DNA of 53,989 nt, from assembly GCA_009908725.1 (NCBI GenBank), contig JAAAOT010000162.1, forward strand, positions 1 through 53,989, written 5' to 3'. Shown here one piece after another: positions 30,075 through 40,368 of the stretch. The stretch's first letter is position 1, and each line of letters begins with the position of its first letter. The translations under genes and the position numbers were made by a program. Below the pieces are notes generated by a model. It did not search any database, was not told where the DNA came from, and saw only the letters and a program-made list of their open reading frames with translations. This stretch comes from Bacteroidota bacterium. GTDB taxonomy: Bacteria; Bacteroidota; Rhodothermia; Rhodothermales; Salinibacteraceae.

Positions 30075-31658
30075 ATGGATCAGTCCGCCGAAACCGCCTG
30101 GGCGCAGTGCCGCGAAATCATCCAGGAGAACATCAACCGGCAGAGCTTCAACACGTGGTTTGAGCCGCTGAAGGCGCAGTCGCTCACCGAGGAAGACGGA
30201 CTGCGCAAGCTCACCATCCAGTTGCCGAGCCGCTTTTACTACGAGTGGCTTGAGGAGCACTACTTCTCGCTCCTCCGCAAGACGATCACCAAGGTCCTCG
30301 GCCCGAACGGTCGCCTCTTCTACGACGTGGTGATCGAGCAGGAAAACCCGGACGAACCCGAGCACGGCGCGTCCATGCAGCTCCCCGCCCGCCGGGGCGA
30401 TGACGTGTCGCCAGACGGCTCCCCGCCCCCGCCGGATCCGGCCGATGCGGAGACCGGGCAGGGACGGCAGACCTCCGGGTCCAACGGCTCTTCCCCGCCC
30501 TCGTCTCCGTCGGAGCGCCGCTCCGCTCCCGAACGTGACGGCAACGCCAGTGCCGGTCCGCCGGGCTCCCAGCAGCCGCCCGTGAGCAACCCGTTTGCGA
30601 TTCCGGGCATCCAGAAAGCGGAAATTGACAGCCAGCTCAACAGCAGCTACACCTTCGAACGCTTTATCGAAGGCGATTGCAACCGCCTCGCCCGGAGCGC
30701 CGCCTGGGCCATTGCCCAGGAACCCGGCGCCACCAGCTTCAATCCCTTCCTTATCTACGGAGGCGTCGGCCTCGGAAAGACGCACCTGATCCAGGCCATC
30801 GGCAACTACGTCCAGGCCAAGGACAGCGTCGACACCTGCCTTTACGTCTCCAGCGAGCGGTTCACGACGGAGTTCGTGCAGTCGATCCAGCGTAACCGGA
30901 TCAGCGAGTTCTCAATGTTCTACCGGCAGATCGACCTGCTGATCGTAGACGACGTGCAGTTCTTCAGCGGCAAGGAGAAGACGCAGGAAGAGTTCTTCCA
31001 CATCTTCAACGCCCTGCACCAGTCGGGCCGGCAGATCATCCTGTCGGCGGACCGGCCGCCGCGCGACATCGAAGGCATCGAGGAACGGCTGCTGTCTCGC
31101 TTCCAATGGGGTCTTTCTGCCGACGTGCAGTCGCCCGGACTGGAGACGCGCATCGCCATTCTTCAGCGCAAGGCGGAAGACGATGGGATCGAGCTCGACC
31201 AGGAGGTGATCGAGTTCATCGCGCACAATATTAAAAGCAACATTCGTGAGCTGGAGGGCGCCCTCATCCGCCTTCTCGCCCACGCCACGCTCCACCAGCG
31301 GGACCTGGACCTGGCGCTCGCCAAGGAGGTGCTGCGCGACCTGATGCAGGACATGCAGGTCAACCTGACGATCGAGGAAATCCAGCGGATCGTGTGCGAC
31401 TACCTCGACATCCCGGAAGACCTCGTCCGCGCCAAGACGCGAAAGCGGGAGGTCGTCCGTGCCCGGCAGATCGCCATGTACTTCTCGAAGAAGCTGACCC
31501 AGCACTCCCTGAAAACGATCGGCCTTCACTTCGGGGGGCGCGATCATTCTACGGTCATCCACGCAAACAACACCGTCGAGGACCAGATCGAAACGGACGA
31601 TCAGTTCGCTAGCATGGTGGAGGAAATCGGCCGGAAGATCGAACTACGATCGCGGTGA
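30075..31658 (+). CDS. dnaA: Chromosomal replication initiator
   Basis: FNTWFEPL, YTFERFIEG, GGVGLGKTHL, DDVQF, NIRELEGAL, FGGRDHSTV; long Pro/Ser linker; ATG 30075. Confidence 0.97.
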   Translation: MDQSAETAWAQCREIIQENINRQSFNTWFEPLKAQSLTEEDGLRKLTIQLPSRFYYEWLEEHYFSLLRKTITKVLGPNGRLFYDVVIEQENPDEPEHGASMQLPARRGDDVSPDGSPPPPDPADAETGQGRQTSGSNGSSPPSSPSERRSAPERDGNASAGPPGSQQPPVSNPFAIPGIQKAEIDSQLNSSYTFERFIEGDCNRLARSAAWAIAQEPGATSFNPFLIYGGVGLGKTHLIQAIGNYVQAKDSVDTCLYVSSERFTTEFVQSIQRNRISEFSMFYRQIDLLIVDDVQFFSGKEKTQEEFFHIFNALHQSGRQIILSADRPPRDIEGIEERLLSRFQWGLSADVQSPGLETRIAILQRKAEDDGIELDQEVIEFIAHNIKSNIRELEGALIRLLAHATLHQRDLDLALAKEVLRDLMQDMQVNLTIEEIQRIVCDYLDIPEDLVRAKTRKREVVRARQIAMYFSKKLTQHSLKTIGLHFGGRDHSTVIHANNTVEDQIETDDQFASMVEEIGRKIELRSR

Positions 31659-31664
31659 TGCGGG

Positions 31665-31810
31665 GTTGAGGTGGAAAGGTGGGAAGTGTGAAGGTGTTGA
31701 GCGGGGTGGAGTCTTGGCGCTGCTCTTCAATATCAAGTCAGCGCGATACATCCAATTCCCGATCCCGAATCCTCAGTACCGAACGCATCGACGCGCAACG
31801 CATCAACGTC
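31665..31810. repeat. Degenerate 7/8-mer intergenic repeat patches
   Basis: G-rich AGGTGGAA-like units after the dnaA stop, then C-rich ATCCCGA and AACGCATC units. Confidence 0.55.
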
Positions 31811-31978
31811 TCGGCGGACCAGACGTAAACTTCCAACGAAAGCGGTAAAAACACGGCGTCTCCCCGGTTGCACATGGGTTGGACACTACGCGGATCCGCT
31901 CTCGCTTTCGTATCGTACGAAGCGGTCCCGATGACTTGATTTCCACGATCCTTTTCCGCTCCAGCATCTCGTCCCGTC

Positions 31979-33115
31979 ATGAAATTTACGACCAAGTGCG
32001 GTGATCTGCTCGAGGCGCTCAACACCGTGAAGGGTGCCGTTCCGTCCAAGAGCACGCTCCCGATCCTGGAGTGCATTCTCTTCGAACAGGAGGACGACGC
32101 GCTCCGGCTCAGCGCGACCGACCTCGAGATTTCCATTGTTCGCAAGCTGCCCGTTCAGTTCGAAACCAACGGCACGGCCGAAGGAACGGCAATCGCGGTC
32201 CCGGCCAAGCGGCTGACGGACACGCTCCGCGCGCTGCCGGACGAAATGCCGATCGAGTTCGCCGCGGACGGCGACTTCGAGATCCGCATGGACACCGATC
32301 AGGGCCACTACAAGATGGTCGGCCACGATGGCGAAGACTATCCGGAGCTTCCGGACATCGACGGCAAGCATGAGATCACGACGGAGGGCAACCTGCTGCG
32401 ACGCGCGATCGACAAGACCAGCTTTGCCGTCAGCAAAGACGCGCTGCGTCCGGCCATGATGGGCGTCTACTTTCAGGTCGGCACGGACGAAACGCGGGCC
32501 GTGGCCACGGACGGGCACCGCCTCGTGAAACTGGTGCTCCCGACGCTCACCGCCGAGGAGGAGATCAACTTCATCGTTCCGGAGAAGGCAACGAAGCTCG
32601 CGGGACGCGTCGTGGAAGACGACGAGATCTGCACGATGGCGGTCGATGAAGGCCACGTGTCGTTCGAGTTCGGCAATTCCCGCGTCCTCGCCCGCCTGAT
32701 CGACGAGACCTACCCGAATTACCAGGCGGTGATTCCGCAGGAGAACGAGAAACGCCTGACGATCAACCGCGAGGACATGCTGAACGCGGTGAAGCGCGTC
32801 GGCCTCTACTCCTCGAGCATGACGAATCAGATCCGCCTGCAGATCTCGAGCGACAGCGTCAAGATCTCCGCGGAAGACGTTGAGCGCTCCAGCGAAGCCG
32901 AGGAAGTGGTGAAGTGCGACTACGACGCCGACGACATGGAGATCGGCTTCAACTCGGAGTACCTCACGGAGGTGCTCAGCAACGTGCGGTCGGAAGAGGT
33001 GGTCTTTCAGCTCAGCTCGCCGAACCGGGCGGGCATCGTGGTCCCGATCGACCAGGAAGAGGACGAAGAGATCCTGATGCTGATCATGCCGGTGATGCTG
33101 AAGTCCTACGCTTGA
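31979..33115 (+). CDS. dnaN: DNA polymerase III beta clamp
   Basis: STLPILE, SATDLE, VATDGHRL, YPNYQAVIP, IGFN, LIMPV. Confidence 0.97.
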   Translation: MKFTTKCGDLLEALNTVKGAVPSKSTLPILECILFEQEDDALRLSATDLEISIVRKLPVQFETNGTAEGTAIAVPAKRLTDTLRALPDEMPIEFAADGDFEIRMDTDQGHYKMVGHDGEDYPELPDIDGKHEITTEGNLLRRAIDKTSFAVSKDALRPAMMGVYFQVGTDETRAVATDGHRLVKLVLPTLTAEEEINFIVPEKATKLAGRVVEDDEICTMAVDEGHVSFEFGNSRVLARLIDETYPNYQAVIPQENEKRLTINREDMLNAVKRVGLYSSSMTNQIRLQISSDSVKISAEDVERSSEAEEVVKCDYDADDMEIGFNSEYLTEVLSNVRSEEVVFQLSSPNRAGIVVPIDQEEDEEILMLIMPVMLKSYA

Positions 33116-33220
33116 CGGTTCGCGGCCTCAGCGGCCGAGAAGCTCTGAAGTGATCGATACGGGGAGCGAGGCCGACCGCCTGGCTCCCCGTTCGTATGTG
33201 ACATCCCCGTGCTGGCTCTC

Positions 33221-34240
33221 TCAGTCGTACGGACTTGCCGGTGCATCGGGCTCAGCTACCGGAGCAACGGCCTGCAGGTCCTGGAGCAGGCGAACCGCCT
33301 CGGCCGCGCGCCGATTGTCGCGCCGGGCAAGGATCTGAAGGTGCCGCCGTGCGGCTTCCGGGTCGTCCTGCGCAAGGTGCGCCTTGGCAAGGAAGAACCG
33401 GGCCTCCAGTCCGAGGAAGGATCCCGTCGGTTCCCGGTCGACCACGTCGCGCAGAAGCGACATCGACGCATCGAGCGGCTGGTCGGCATACCGGGGGAAG
33501 AGGCCGAGCGTCGTCGTGCGTGCTTCGCGAAGGCTACCGAGGGCCTGCAGGAAGAGGCGGTCTGCCGACAGGGAATCCCCCTCCGCGGCAACCGAGTCGG
33601 GAACGTTGACGCGGTAGCCCTCGATGCGGGTTTCCGACATGTCGAGCGCGGCGAGGCGGTCGAGAGGCGACCGCGTCATGCGGTCGATGCCCCACGCAGC
33701 GCCGTACAGTAACGCTCCGACCAGGAAGAGCGCAAACCCCCACTGGACCGCGTCGGGCCAGCGTGCCACCCAGGACAGGACACGCCCTCGATCGGGGGAT
33801 GGGTCGTCATCGGCCGTCGCGTCCTCCGGCGCAGAAGGGGATGGGGAAGAGGTCATAGACGGGGTGGTCAACGATTCGAACTGTTCGACAGGATCGACGC
33901 TTGCCTCGGCCTCCTGAATGCGACGCCGGAACGCGCGGGCCCGATCCGCCAGCTCCGGATCTTTTCCCAGTCGAGCCTCGAGCCGGCGAAACGCGCGACG
34001 GAGCTCGGGCGACCAGCTGCCGGAAGGCTCGATGTGCGTGGCGGTCACGTAGTAGGCAAGCAGGGCATCCTCCGGGGCCGCCGCGGCTCCGGCGGTGAAC
34101 GGCATCGCCGACGTCAGATGCTTGACATCGTTCAGCAGTGGATACCATTCCGGGTTCGCGTTCACGTATACCTGCACCTCGTTCCGCTCCGCAGCCGAGA
34201 GGGAGGCATACGACAGAATGCGATCCTCAATGGGGGTCAT
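33221..34240 (-). CDS. Putative membrane anti-sigma factor with C-terminal TPR-like helices
   Basis: Directly downstream of the ECF-like gene; N-terminal ASD-like helices, a TM segment (WGFALFLVGALLYGAAW), and a TPR-like C-terminus (ARFFLAKAHLAQDDPEAARRHL). Confidence 0.65.
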   Translation of the reverse strand: MTPIEDRILSYASLSAAERNEVQVYVNANPEWYPLLNDVKHLTSAMPFTAGAAAAPEDALLAYYVTATHIEPSGSWSPELRRAFRRLEARLGKDPELADRARAFRRRIQEAEASVDPVEQFESLTTPSMTSSPSPSAPEDATADDDPSPDRGRVLSWVARWPDAVQWGFALFLVGALLYGAAWGIDRMTRSPLDRLAALDMSETRIEGYRVNVPDSVAAEGDSLSADRLFLQALGSLREARTTTLGLFPRYADQPLDASMSLLRDVVDREPTGSFLGLEARFFLAKAHLAQDDPEAARRHLQILARRDNRRAAEAVRLLQDLQAVAPVAEPDAPASPYD

Positions 34241-34384
34241 CGGAGCACGGCTGAAAGGCACGCGGGCGTAGAGTGTACTGAAACGTGGCCCATTCTACGC
34301 CGACGCGTGCGGCACGTTTTGCGAAGAGCCGTCGAGATGCAAGCCTGAACCATCGTCTGCCTATTCACCCACTCCCACGACTCA

Positions 34385-35020
34385 TCAGGTCGCGGGGGCG
34401 AAGCATTCTGAGGTGCGACGGAGGACCGGATCGTCGCGGAGGAGGTCCAGGGCTCGAAACTTGTATGTTCGCACCGTCGGAACCGGTTTACCGATCGAGG
34501 CCGAGATCATCTCGAAGGTGCAGCCGTCGACGAAGAAGAGGCGCGCCGTATCCTGCAGGTAGGCCGGCAGGCGATCGATCGCCGAGAGGAGGGCCCGCCG
34601 CACTCGTGGGGCGTCGTCGTAGGCCGGCGGGGGTTCGCTGATGAGGTCCCCGCCCATGTCGTCGATCGATTGGACGACCCGTGCCCGTTGGACGTAATTA
34701 ATAAAGGTATTGCGGCAAACGACGCTCACCCAACTCGCGTACCGTACGATGGTCGTGGCGTCGCGCCGGGATCGGCACGTCCGGCGAAAGGCGCGGGCCA
34801 CCAGGGCATCCATATCCGAGGGACGGCGCAACCCGTCGCGCGCAGCTTTCGAGAGAAAGTATCGCCAGATGAAGCAGTAGGTCCACAGGTCGATCACGTC
34901 ACGGTCGCCCGCACCGCCGGAGCAGGTCCATCGCTGGTACACGGCATTGAGCCGGTCGGTGTCGTCCAGGGCGAAGGGGAGGCGCGCCAACAAAGGGTCA
35001 AGACGGGAGGAGGTGCGCAT
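34385..35020 (-). CDS. Atypical ECF-type sigma-70 factor
   Basis: YASWVSVVCRNTFINY (region 2.3-2.4) and AIDRLP...GCTFEMIS...TVRTYKFRAL (region 4). Confidence 0.78.
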   Translation of the reverse strand: MRTSSRLDPLLARLPFALDDTDRLNAVYQRWTCSGGAGDRDVIDLWTYCFIWRYFLSKAARDGLRRPSDMDALVARAFRRTCRSRRDATTIVRYASWVSVVCRNTFINYVQRARVVQSIDDMGGDLISEPPPAYDDAPRVRRALLSAIDRLPAYLQDTARLFFVDGCTFEMISASIGKPVPTVRTYKFRALDLLRDDPVLRRTSECFAPAT

Positions 35021-35512
35021 GATGGGAAAGGGCGAACGGCAGGATACGCATCTCGCCCGGTTGATGAATAAGGATCCTCAGAAGGAAGGGTATTCATATA
35101 TAGACAATATTATAATTATAAATTACATTCAAGTATAAGTGTTTATAATTTTCAATCCTTACGTACCCGCCTGTCGGAGCGCATTCGTCCTTCTCGAGTG
35201 GGTGCGTCAAAATTGCAGGAAGACGCCTGCGCTGCGCAACCTCGAATCCGTGCGTACGTGCTAGTCAGCCTGATGTGTTGCGCGGAGGGCCCTACGCGAC
35301 CGGAACGATGACCCGGCGCGATGAGTTGAGCCTGTTTGCCGTTCGCGCCGGTCCCGGCCCATCCAGACGGGTCCGGCTGCGTTCTGTATATGCTGCTGCG
35401 CCTGGTGATCGGAGCGTGCGCTTTTTTATGATCACGCGCACCCATGGTCGCCCTGTGCGGTGCACCGAGCCTACATCCTCGGACCCCGAGTGTATAATGA
35501 CGAGACCCACCG

Positions 35513-35962
35513 ATGGACAGCCAAAGTTTTAAAACGTTTAGCGCGAAGCCGTCAGACGTCGACCAGAAATGGTACGTCGTCGATGCGACCAATGAGGTCG
35601 TCGGCCGTCTCGCGAGCCGAATTGCCCACGTTCTTCGTGGCAAGCACAAGCCAACCTACACCCCGCATGTCGACACCGGCGATTTCGTCGTGGTCGTGAA
35701 TGCGGACAAGGTTCGGTTCACCGGCCGCAAGGAGACGGACAAGACGTACCGTTCGTACAGCGGGTACCCCGGCGGCGAGCGCGAAGTCACCCCGGAAGAC
35801 GTGCGCAAGAAGCATCCGGAGCGCCTCATTTCGAAGGCCGTCAAAGGCATGATGCCAAACGGCTCCCTTGGACGTCAGATGTTCAAGAAGCTCAAGGTAT
35901 ATACCGGCGACGAACACCCGCACGAAGCGCAGCAACCCGAGCCGCTCGACGACGTCGCGTAG
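35513..35962 (+). CDS. rplM: 50S ribosomal protein L13
   Basis: [36 protein letters not shown]. Confidence 0.97.
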   Translation: MDSQSFKTFSAKPSDVDQKWYVVDATNEVVGRLASRIAHVLRGKHKPTYTPHVDTGDFVVVVNADKVRFTGRKETDKTYRSYSGYPGGEREVTPEDVRKKHPERLISKAVKGMMPNGSLGRQMFKKLKVYTGDEHPHEAQQPEPLDDVA

Positions 35963-36052
35963 CTCCGATCGTTGCGCCTTCCCGTGACGTGCGAGACGGG
36001 CCGCACCGCTCGCATTCACCGCTTTTCTTTTCTGCATACCCTTCCTCTTCCC

Positions 36053-36451
36053 ATGGCAACACTCACCCAGTTTCAGGCCGTTGGTCGTCGTAAGACCTCC
36101 ACGGCACGCGTGTACCTGCGTCCCGGCGACGGCACCTCGTTCGAGGTCAACGGCCGCGACGCCTCCGAATACTTTCCGGTCGCCTGGCGCCGTCGCTCGC
36201 TCGACCAGCCGTTCACCGTTACCGACATGATCGGCAACTTCGACGTGAAGGTCACCGCATCCGGCGGCGGCCTCACCGGGCAGGCGGAAGCGATTCGGCT
36301 CGGCATTGCCCGCGCGCTCGTGAAGTATGACGAAGAGCTCCGCGGTCCGCTCCGCGAAGCCGGCTTCCTGACCCGCGACGACCGCATGGTCGAGCGCAAA
36401 AAGTACGGTCAGCCGAAAGCTCGCAAGAAGAGCCAGTACAGCAAGCGTTAA
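36053..36451 (+). CDS. rpsI: 30S ribosomal protein S9
   Basis: GRRKTSTARV, GGGLTGQAEAIRLGIARAL, ERKKYG...QYSKR. Confidence 0.97.
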   Translation: MATLTQFQAVGRRKTSTARVYLRPGDGTSFEVNGRDASEYFPVAWRRRSLDQPFTVTDMIGNFDVKVTASGGGLTGQAEAIRLGIARALVKYDEELRGPLREAGFLTRDDRMVERKKYGQPKARKKSQYSKR

Positions 36452-36460
36452 GCACCAAGT

Positions 36461-36530
36461 CGAGATGCGAAGGACGGAACGCGAAGTGGTCACCATTTCG
36501 CATTTCGAAATCCGCATTTCGCACTCCAAA
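36461..36530. repeat. Inverted heptamer repeat patch (GCGAAG/ATTTCGC family)
   Basis: GATGCGAAG...CGCGAAGT followed by ATTTCGC ATTTCGA AATCCGC ATTTCGC; a related GCGAAAT/GCGAAGT run also follows dnaB (~47030-47058). Confidence 0.6.
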
Positions 36531-36534
36531 TCAA

Positions 36535-36640
36535 CCATACGGCCCGATGCGACGGTGGGTTGACGGGGACGACGTGTGCCTTACGCCGCTCGTCCCGGTT
36601 TCGCCGCGCACGCGACGGTCGTAGTAGCCGAAACCCAACT
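36535..36640 (+). ncRNA. Putative rpsB (S2) autoregulatory leader, t44-like
   Basis: Outer stem TACGGCC/GGTCGTA, inner stem GGGACGA/TCGTCCC, and TGGGTT (36556-36561) complementary to AACCCA (36632-36637), as in the GGGU/ACCC pairing of S2 leaders. Confidence 0.55.
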
Positions 36641-36662
36641 TCTCCTTCCCCAGATACAGCAC

Positions 36663-37601
36663 ATGGCAGACGAAAAGACGCAGAACCCCGACGCCGTTGA
36701 CGAAGCCGATCTCGACGAAGAGATCGAAGACACGGACGTCGCCGACGAAGAAGACGTGGACGACGAAGACCTCGACGAGGACTACGACGACGAAGAGGAA
36801 GAGGACGTCGTAGCCGAAGATGAGGACGATGATGACGACGAGGAGGACGATGACGCCTCCGGCGACGGCGAGCCGTCGCACCGCGTGACCATCGAACAGC
36901 TGCTGAAGGCCGGAACGCACTTCGGCCACCTCACCAGCCGGTGGGACCCGCGCATGAAGAACTACATCTTCATGGATCGCAACAACATTCACATCATCGA
37001 CCTGATGCAAACGCAGGTACTGCTCGACAAAGCAGCGGATGCGGCCCGCCGCTTTGCCCGTCGCGGCAAGAAGATTCTCTTTGCCGGGACGAAGAAGCAG
37101 GCCCAGGAAATCGTCCGCGAGCATGCCGAAGAATCCGGCATGCCGTTTATGGTGCAGCGCTGGATGGGCGGCACCATGACCAACTTCCAGACCATCCGCC
37201 GGTCGATTCGCCGGATGGAGGACATCGAGCGCATGGAGAAGGAAGGCACGCTCGACAAGCTGAAGAAGAAGGAGAAGCTGATGCGCCTCCGCGAGCACGA
37301 GAAGCTGGAGGCCACGCTCGGCGGGATTCGCAACATGGCGAACCTGCCCGGCGCGATCTTCATCGTGGACGTGAAGCGCGAGCACATCGCCGTCTCCGAG
37401 GCCCGCAAGCTCGGCATCCCGATCATCGCGATGGTCGACACGAACGGGGACCCGCGCGACATCGACTACCCGATCCCGGCGAACGACGACGCGCTGAGCT
37501 CGATCGAGCTTGTCACCTCCACGATCACGGAGGCGATCCAGGAAGGCCTTCAGGAGCGCAAGATGAAGAAGGAAGCGAAGCAGAAGCAGCAGCAGGGCTA
37601 A
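36663..37601 (+). CDS. rpsB: 30S ribosomal protein S2 with polyacidic N-terminal extension
   Basis: LLKAGTHFGH, WDPRM, FAGTKKQA, RWMGGTMTNF, IPANDDA. Confidence 0.96.
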   Translation: MADEKTQNPDAVDEADLDEEIEDTDVADEEDVDDEDLDEDYDDEEEEDVVAEDEDDDDDEEDDDASGDGEPSHRVTIEQLLKAGTHFGHLTSRWDPRMKNYIFMDRNNIHIIDLMQTQVLLDKAADAARRFARRGKKILFAGTKKQAQEIVREHAEESGMPFMVQRWMGGTMTNFQTIRRSIRRMEDIERMEKEGTLDKLKKKEKLMRLREHEKLEATLGGIRNMANLPGAIFIVDVKREHIAVSEARKLGIPIIAMVDTNGDPRDIDYPIPANDDALSSIELVTSTITEAIQEGLQERKMKKEAKQKQQQG

Positions 37602-37619
37602 CCCCGCCAGCGGCACCCG

Positions 37620-37650
37620 GGCCGGGCTCCTCGACGAGTCCGGCCTTTTT
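37620..37650 (+). terminator. Intrinsic terminator/attenuator between rpsB and tsf
   Basis: GGCCGGGCTC-loop-GAGTCCGGCC followed by TTTTT. Confidence 0.7.
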
Positions 37651-37718
37651 ACCGCCAGATCGGCCCGGCGGCTGCATTCGCACAACGACATTCGAACGAC
37701 GAATTTTTACTGCCACCC

Positions 37719-38549
37719 ATGAGCATTTCCGCTAAAGACGTCAAGGCCCTTCGCGACGCGACCGGCGTCGGTATGATGGACTGCAAGAAGGCCCTGCAAG
37801 AGACGGACGGTGACTTCGACGCTGCCGTCGAACTTCTCCGCAAGAAAGGCCAGAAAGTCGCCGCCAAGCGCGCTGAAAAAGAGGCCGACGAAGGCCTCAT
37901 CTCCATTTCGATCAGCGACGACGGCGCCGCCGGCGCGATCGTGGAAGTCAACTGCGAGACGGACTTCGTCGCACGCAATGAGGACTTCGCCTCGTTCGTC
38001 GATCGCATCGCAGACCTGGCGCTCTCGGAGAAGCCGGAGGACCTCGACACGCTCCACGCACTGTCGTTCAACGGAGACGCCTCGGTGAAGGAGGAACTCG
38101 TCGCGATGACCGGTCGCATCGGTGAGAAGCTGGACATCCGCCGCTTCCGCGTCATGGAGAGCGATGCCGGAGAAGTCATCAAGTACGTCCACCCCGGCTC
38201 GAAGCTCGGCGTGATCGTTGAGGTCTCCGGCAACGGCGATCGCGAGGACGCCGGCCGCGACGTCGCCATGCAGATTGCCGCCCTCGACCCGATTGCCGTG
38301 GACCGCAGCGAGGTCCCGGAAGAGGTTCAGGAGAAAGAGAAGGAAATCGCGCGCGACGCCGCGATCAACGAAGGCAAACCCGAGCACATCCTCGACCGCA
38401 TCGTGGAAGGCAAGCTCGAGCGCTTCTTCGAGGACCACGTCCTGCTGGAGCAGTCGTTCGTGAAAGATGCTTCCCAGTCCGTGCAGGAGATGCTCGACGA
38501 TGCGGATGTCGACGTGCACCGCTTCGTGCGCTTCGCCCTCGGCGACTGA
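37719..38549 (+). CDS. tsf: Elongation factor Ts
   Basis: [26 protein letters not shown]. Confidence 0.97.
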   Translation: MSISAKDVKALRDATGVGMMDCKKALQETDGDFDAAVELLRKKGQKVAAKRAEKEADEGLISISISDDGAAGAIVEVNCETDFVARNEDFASFVDRIADLALSEKPEDLDTLHALSFNGDASVKEELVAMTGRIGEKLDIRRFRVMESDAGEVIKYVHPGSKLGVIVEVSGNGDREDAGRDVAMQIAALDPIAVDRSEVPEEVQEKEKEIARDAAINEGKPEHILDRIVEGKLERFFEDHVLLEQSFVKDASQSVQEMLDDADVDVHRFVRFALGD

Positions 38550-38720
38550 GTCACCGTCCCCTGCACATGCCCGCCGACCGGCCGCTCCCGTGACGATCCT
38601 CCGGGACCTGTGCCGGTCGGCGGGACGTTGCGGGCCGGATGTTCGATTGTAGTAGCCGTACCGCCCGCCTGATCTCGTGATTTCGAATCCCCGATGGCCA
38701 GGACCTCCACCGACGTTCCA

Positions 38721-39491
38721 ATGTCGACCGACGCTTCCGCCGACCTTACCTACCGCCGCGTCCTGTTGAAGCTCAGCGGCGAGGCGCTGCTGGGCACCGA
38801 CCGCGACTTCGGCATCGATGAAACGGTTCTTCGCACCTACGCAAAGGAGGTCAAGAAGGCGGTCGACCTCGGTGCGGAAATCGCCATCGTGATCGGCGGC
38901 GGCAACATCTTCCGTGGCGTCCAGAATGCGATGAAGGGGATGACCCGTGCGCATGCCGACTACATGGGCATGCTGGCCACGATGATCAACGGGATGGCCC
39001 TGCAGGACGCCCTCGAGCAGGTGGGCCTGCAGACGCGCCTTCAATCCAGCATCAAGATGGAGGAGATCGCCGAGCCGTTCATCCGGCGCCGCGCGATGCG
39101 GCACCTCGAGAAGGGGCGCGTCGTGATCTTCGGTGCCGGCACCGGCAATCCGTACTTCACGACCGACACTGCCGCCGCCCTTCGCGGACTGGAGATCGAC
39201 GCGGACGTAATCCTGAAGGGCACGCGCGTCGACGGCGTCTTTACCGCTGATCCGGAGAAAGAGGACGACGCCAAGCGCTTCCGCACCATTCACGGCAAGG
39301 AGGTGATCCGCCGCGGCCTGAAGGTGATGGATATGACCGCCTTCACCCTGTGCCAGGAATCAAGCATGTCGATCCTCGTCTTCAATATGGGCCTTCCAGG
39401 CAACCTGCGCCGGGTGCTGACCGGCGAAAGCGTCGGCACGCGCGTCCACTGGAATGACTCGGAAGCGGTCGCTGAACACGCCGACGCATAG
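38721..39491 (+). CDS. pyrH: UMP kinase
   Basis: [33 protein letters not shown]; alternative start 38694. Confidence 0.96.
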   Translation: MSTDASADLTYRRVLLKLSGEALLGTDRDFGIDETVLRTYAKEVKKAVDLGAEIAIVIGGGNIFRGVQNAMKGMTRAHADYMGMLATMINGMALQDALEQVGLQTRLQSSIKMEEIAEPFIRRRAMRHLEKGRVVIFGAGTGNPYFTTDTAAALRGLEIDADVILKGTRVDGVFTADPEKEDDAKRFRTIHGKEVIRRGLKVMDMTAFTLCQESSMSILVFNMGLPGNLRRVLTGESVGTRVHWNDSEAVAEHADA

Positions 39492-39605
39492 CGTTTCCCT
39501 CCGGTTGCGCTTTTTGCTCCCGTCCTACCTCAGCTTGACCCGCCGATCCGCGACCTCCGGCGGTCTCAGTGCGACATCCTTTCCCACATTCTCTCCCGTA
39601 CTGAT

Positions 39606-40175
39606 ATGTCTGACGATCCCGTCCAAGATGTTCTCGACGACGCGGAAGAACGGATGGAAGACGCCGTCAACTTCCTGCGTTCGGAGTTCAACTCGATCCG
39701 CGTCGGTCGTGCTACGCCGGCGATGCTTGAAAACGTGAAGGTCGATTACTACGGCAGTCAGGTCCCGCTGAACCAGGTGGCGAGCATCACCGCCCCTCAG
39801 GCCGACCTGCTGCTCGTTCAGCCCTTCGACCGCAACGCGATCGGCGACATCGAACGCGGCATCATGACCGCCGACCTCGGCCTGAATCCAAACAACGACG
39901 GCGAGAAGATCCGCATCCCCGTCCCGCCGCTGTCGGAAGAGCGCCGCAAGGAACTGGCGAAGAAAGCCCGCGAGCGCTCGGAAGACGCCAAGATTTCGAT
40001 CCGCAACATCCGGCGCGACATCAAGGACCAGCTGAAGTCCACGGTCGAGGAGCACAACCTCTCGGAAGACGTCATGTACGGCGCCGAGGAGGACCTCCAG
40101 GAAATCACCGACAAGTACACCGAAAAAGCCGATCAGCTGCTAAACAAGAAAAAAGACGCCATCATGCAGGTGTGA
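39606..40175 (+). CDS. frr: Ribosome recycling factor
   Basis: IRVGRA, VDYYG, LGLNPNNDG, PPLSEERRKEL, IRNIRRD. Confidence 0.96.
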   Translation: MSDDPVQDVLDDAEERMEDAVNFLRSEFNSIRVGRATPAMLENVKVDYYGSQVPLNQVASITAPQADLLLVQPFDRNAIGDIERGIMTADLGLNPNNDGEKIRIPVPPLSEERRKELAKKARERSEDAKISIRNIRRDIKDQLKSTVEEHNLSEDVMYGAEEDLQEITDKYTEKADQLLNKKKDAIMQV

Positions 40176-40283
40176 TGGTTGGCGTTGGGATGTTGGACCG
40201 TTGGGACGTTGGATCGTTGGCTTGTTCCAGTACGCACCAACGCAACAACACGGTAACGCATCAACGCGTAAACGCCCAAAACC
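40176..40283. repeat. Bipartite octamer repeat patch (CGTTGGNN then NNCAACGC)
   Basis: Five CGTTGG/TGTTGG units at 8-bp spacing after the frr stop, then complementary AACGCA/AACGCG/AACGCC units. Confidence 0.7.
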
Positions 40284-40368
40284 GATGCTGACGAATTTCG
40301 GATGAGGGCAGGGCGGGCCGGATCATTGGCCCGGAGATGACATTCGAGATAGCACGTTTTCACGATCT

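Noticed and set aside
38660-38700. tRNA suggested by TTCGAATCC
   Set aside because: No acceptor, D or anticodon stems can be formed around it.
37707-39293. Long antisense ORFs (e.g. 37707-39293, 47743-49263, 20772-22208, 23668-24978, 11942-13186)
   Set aside because: They mirror well-supported genes on the opposite strand, as expected from high-GC codon bias, and have no family motifs.
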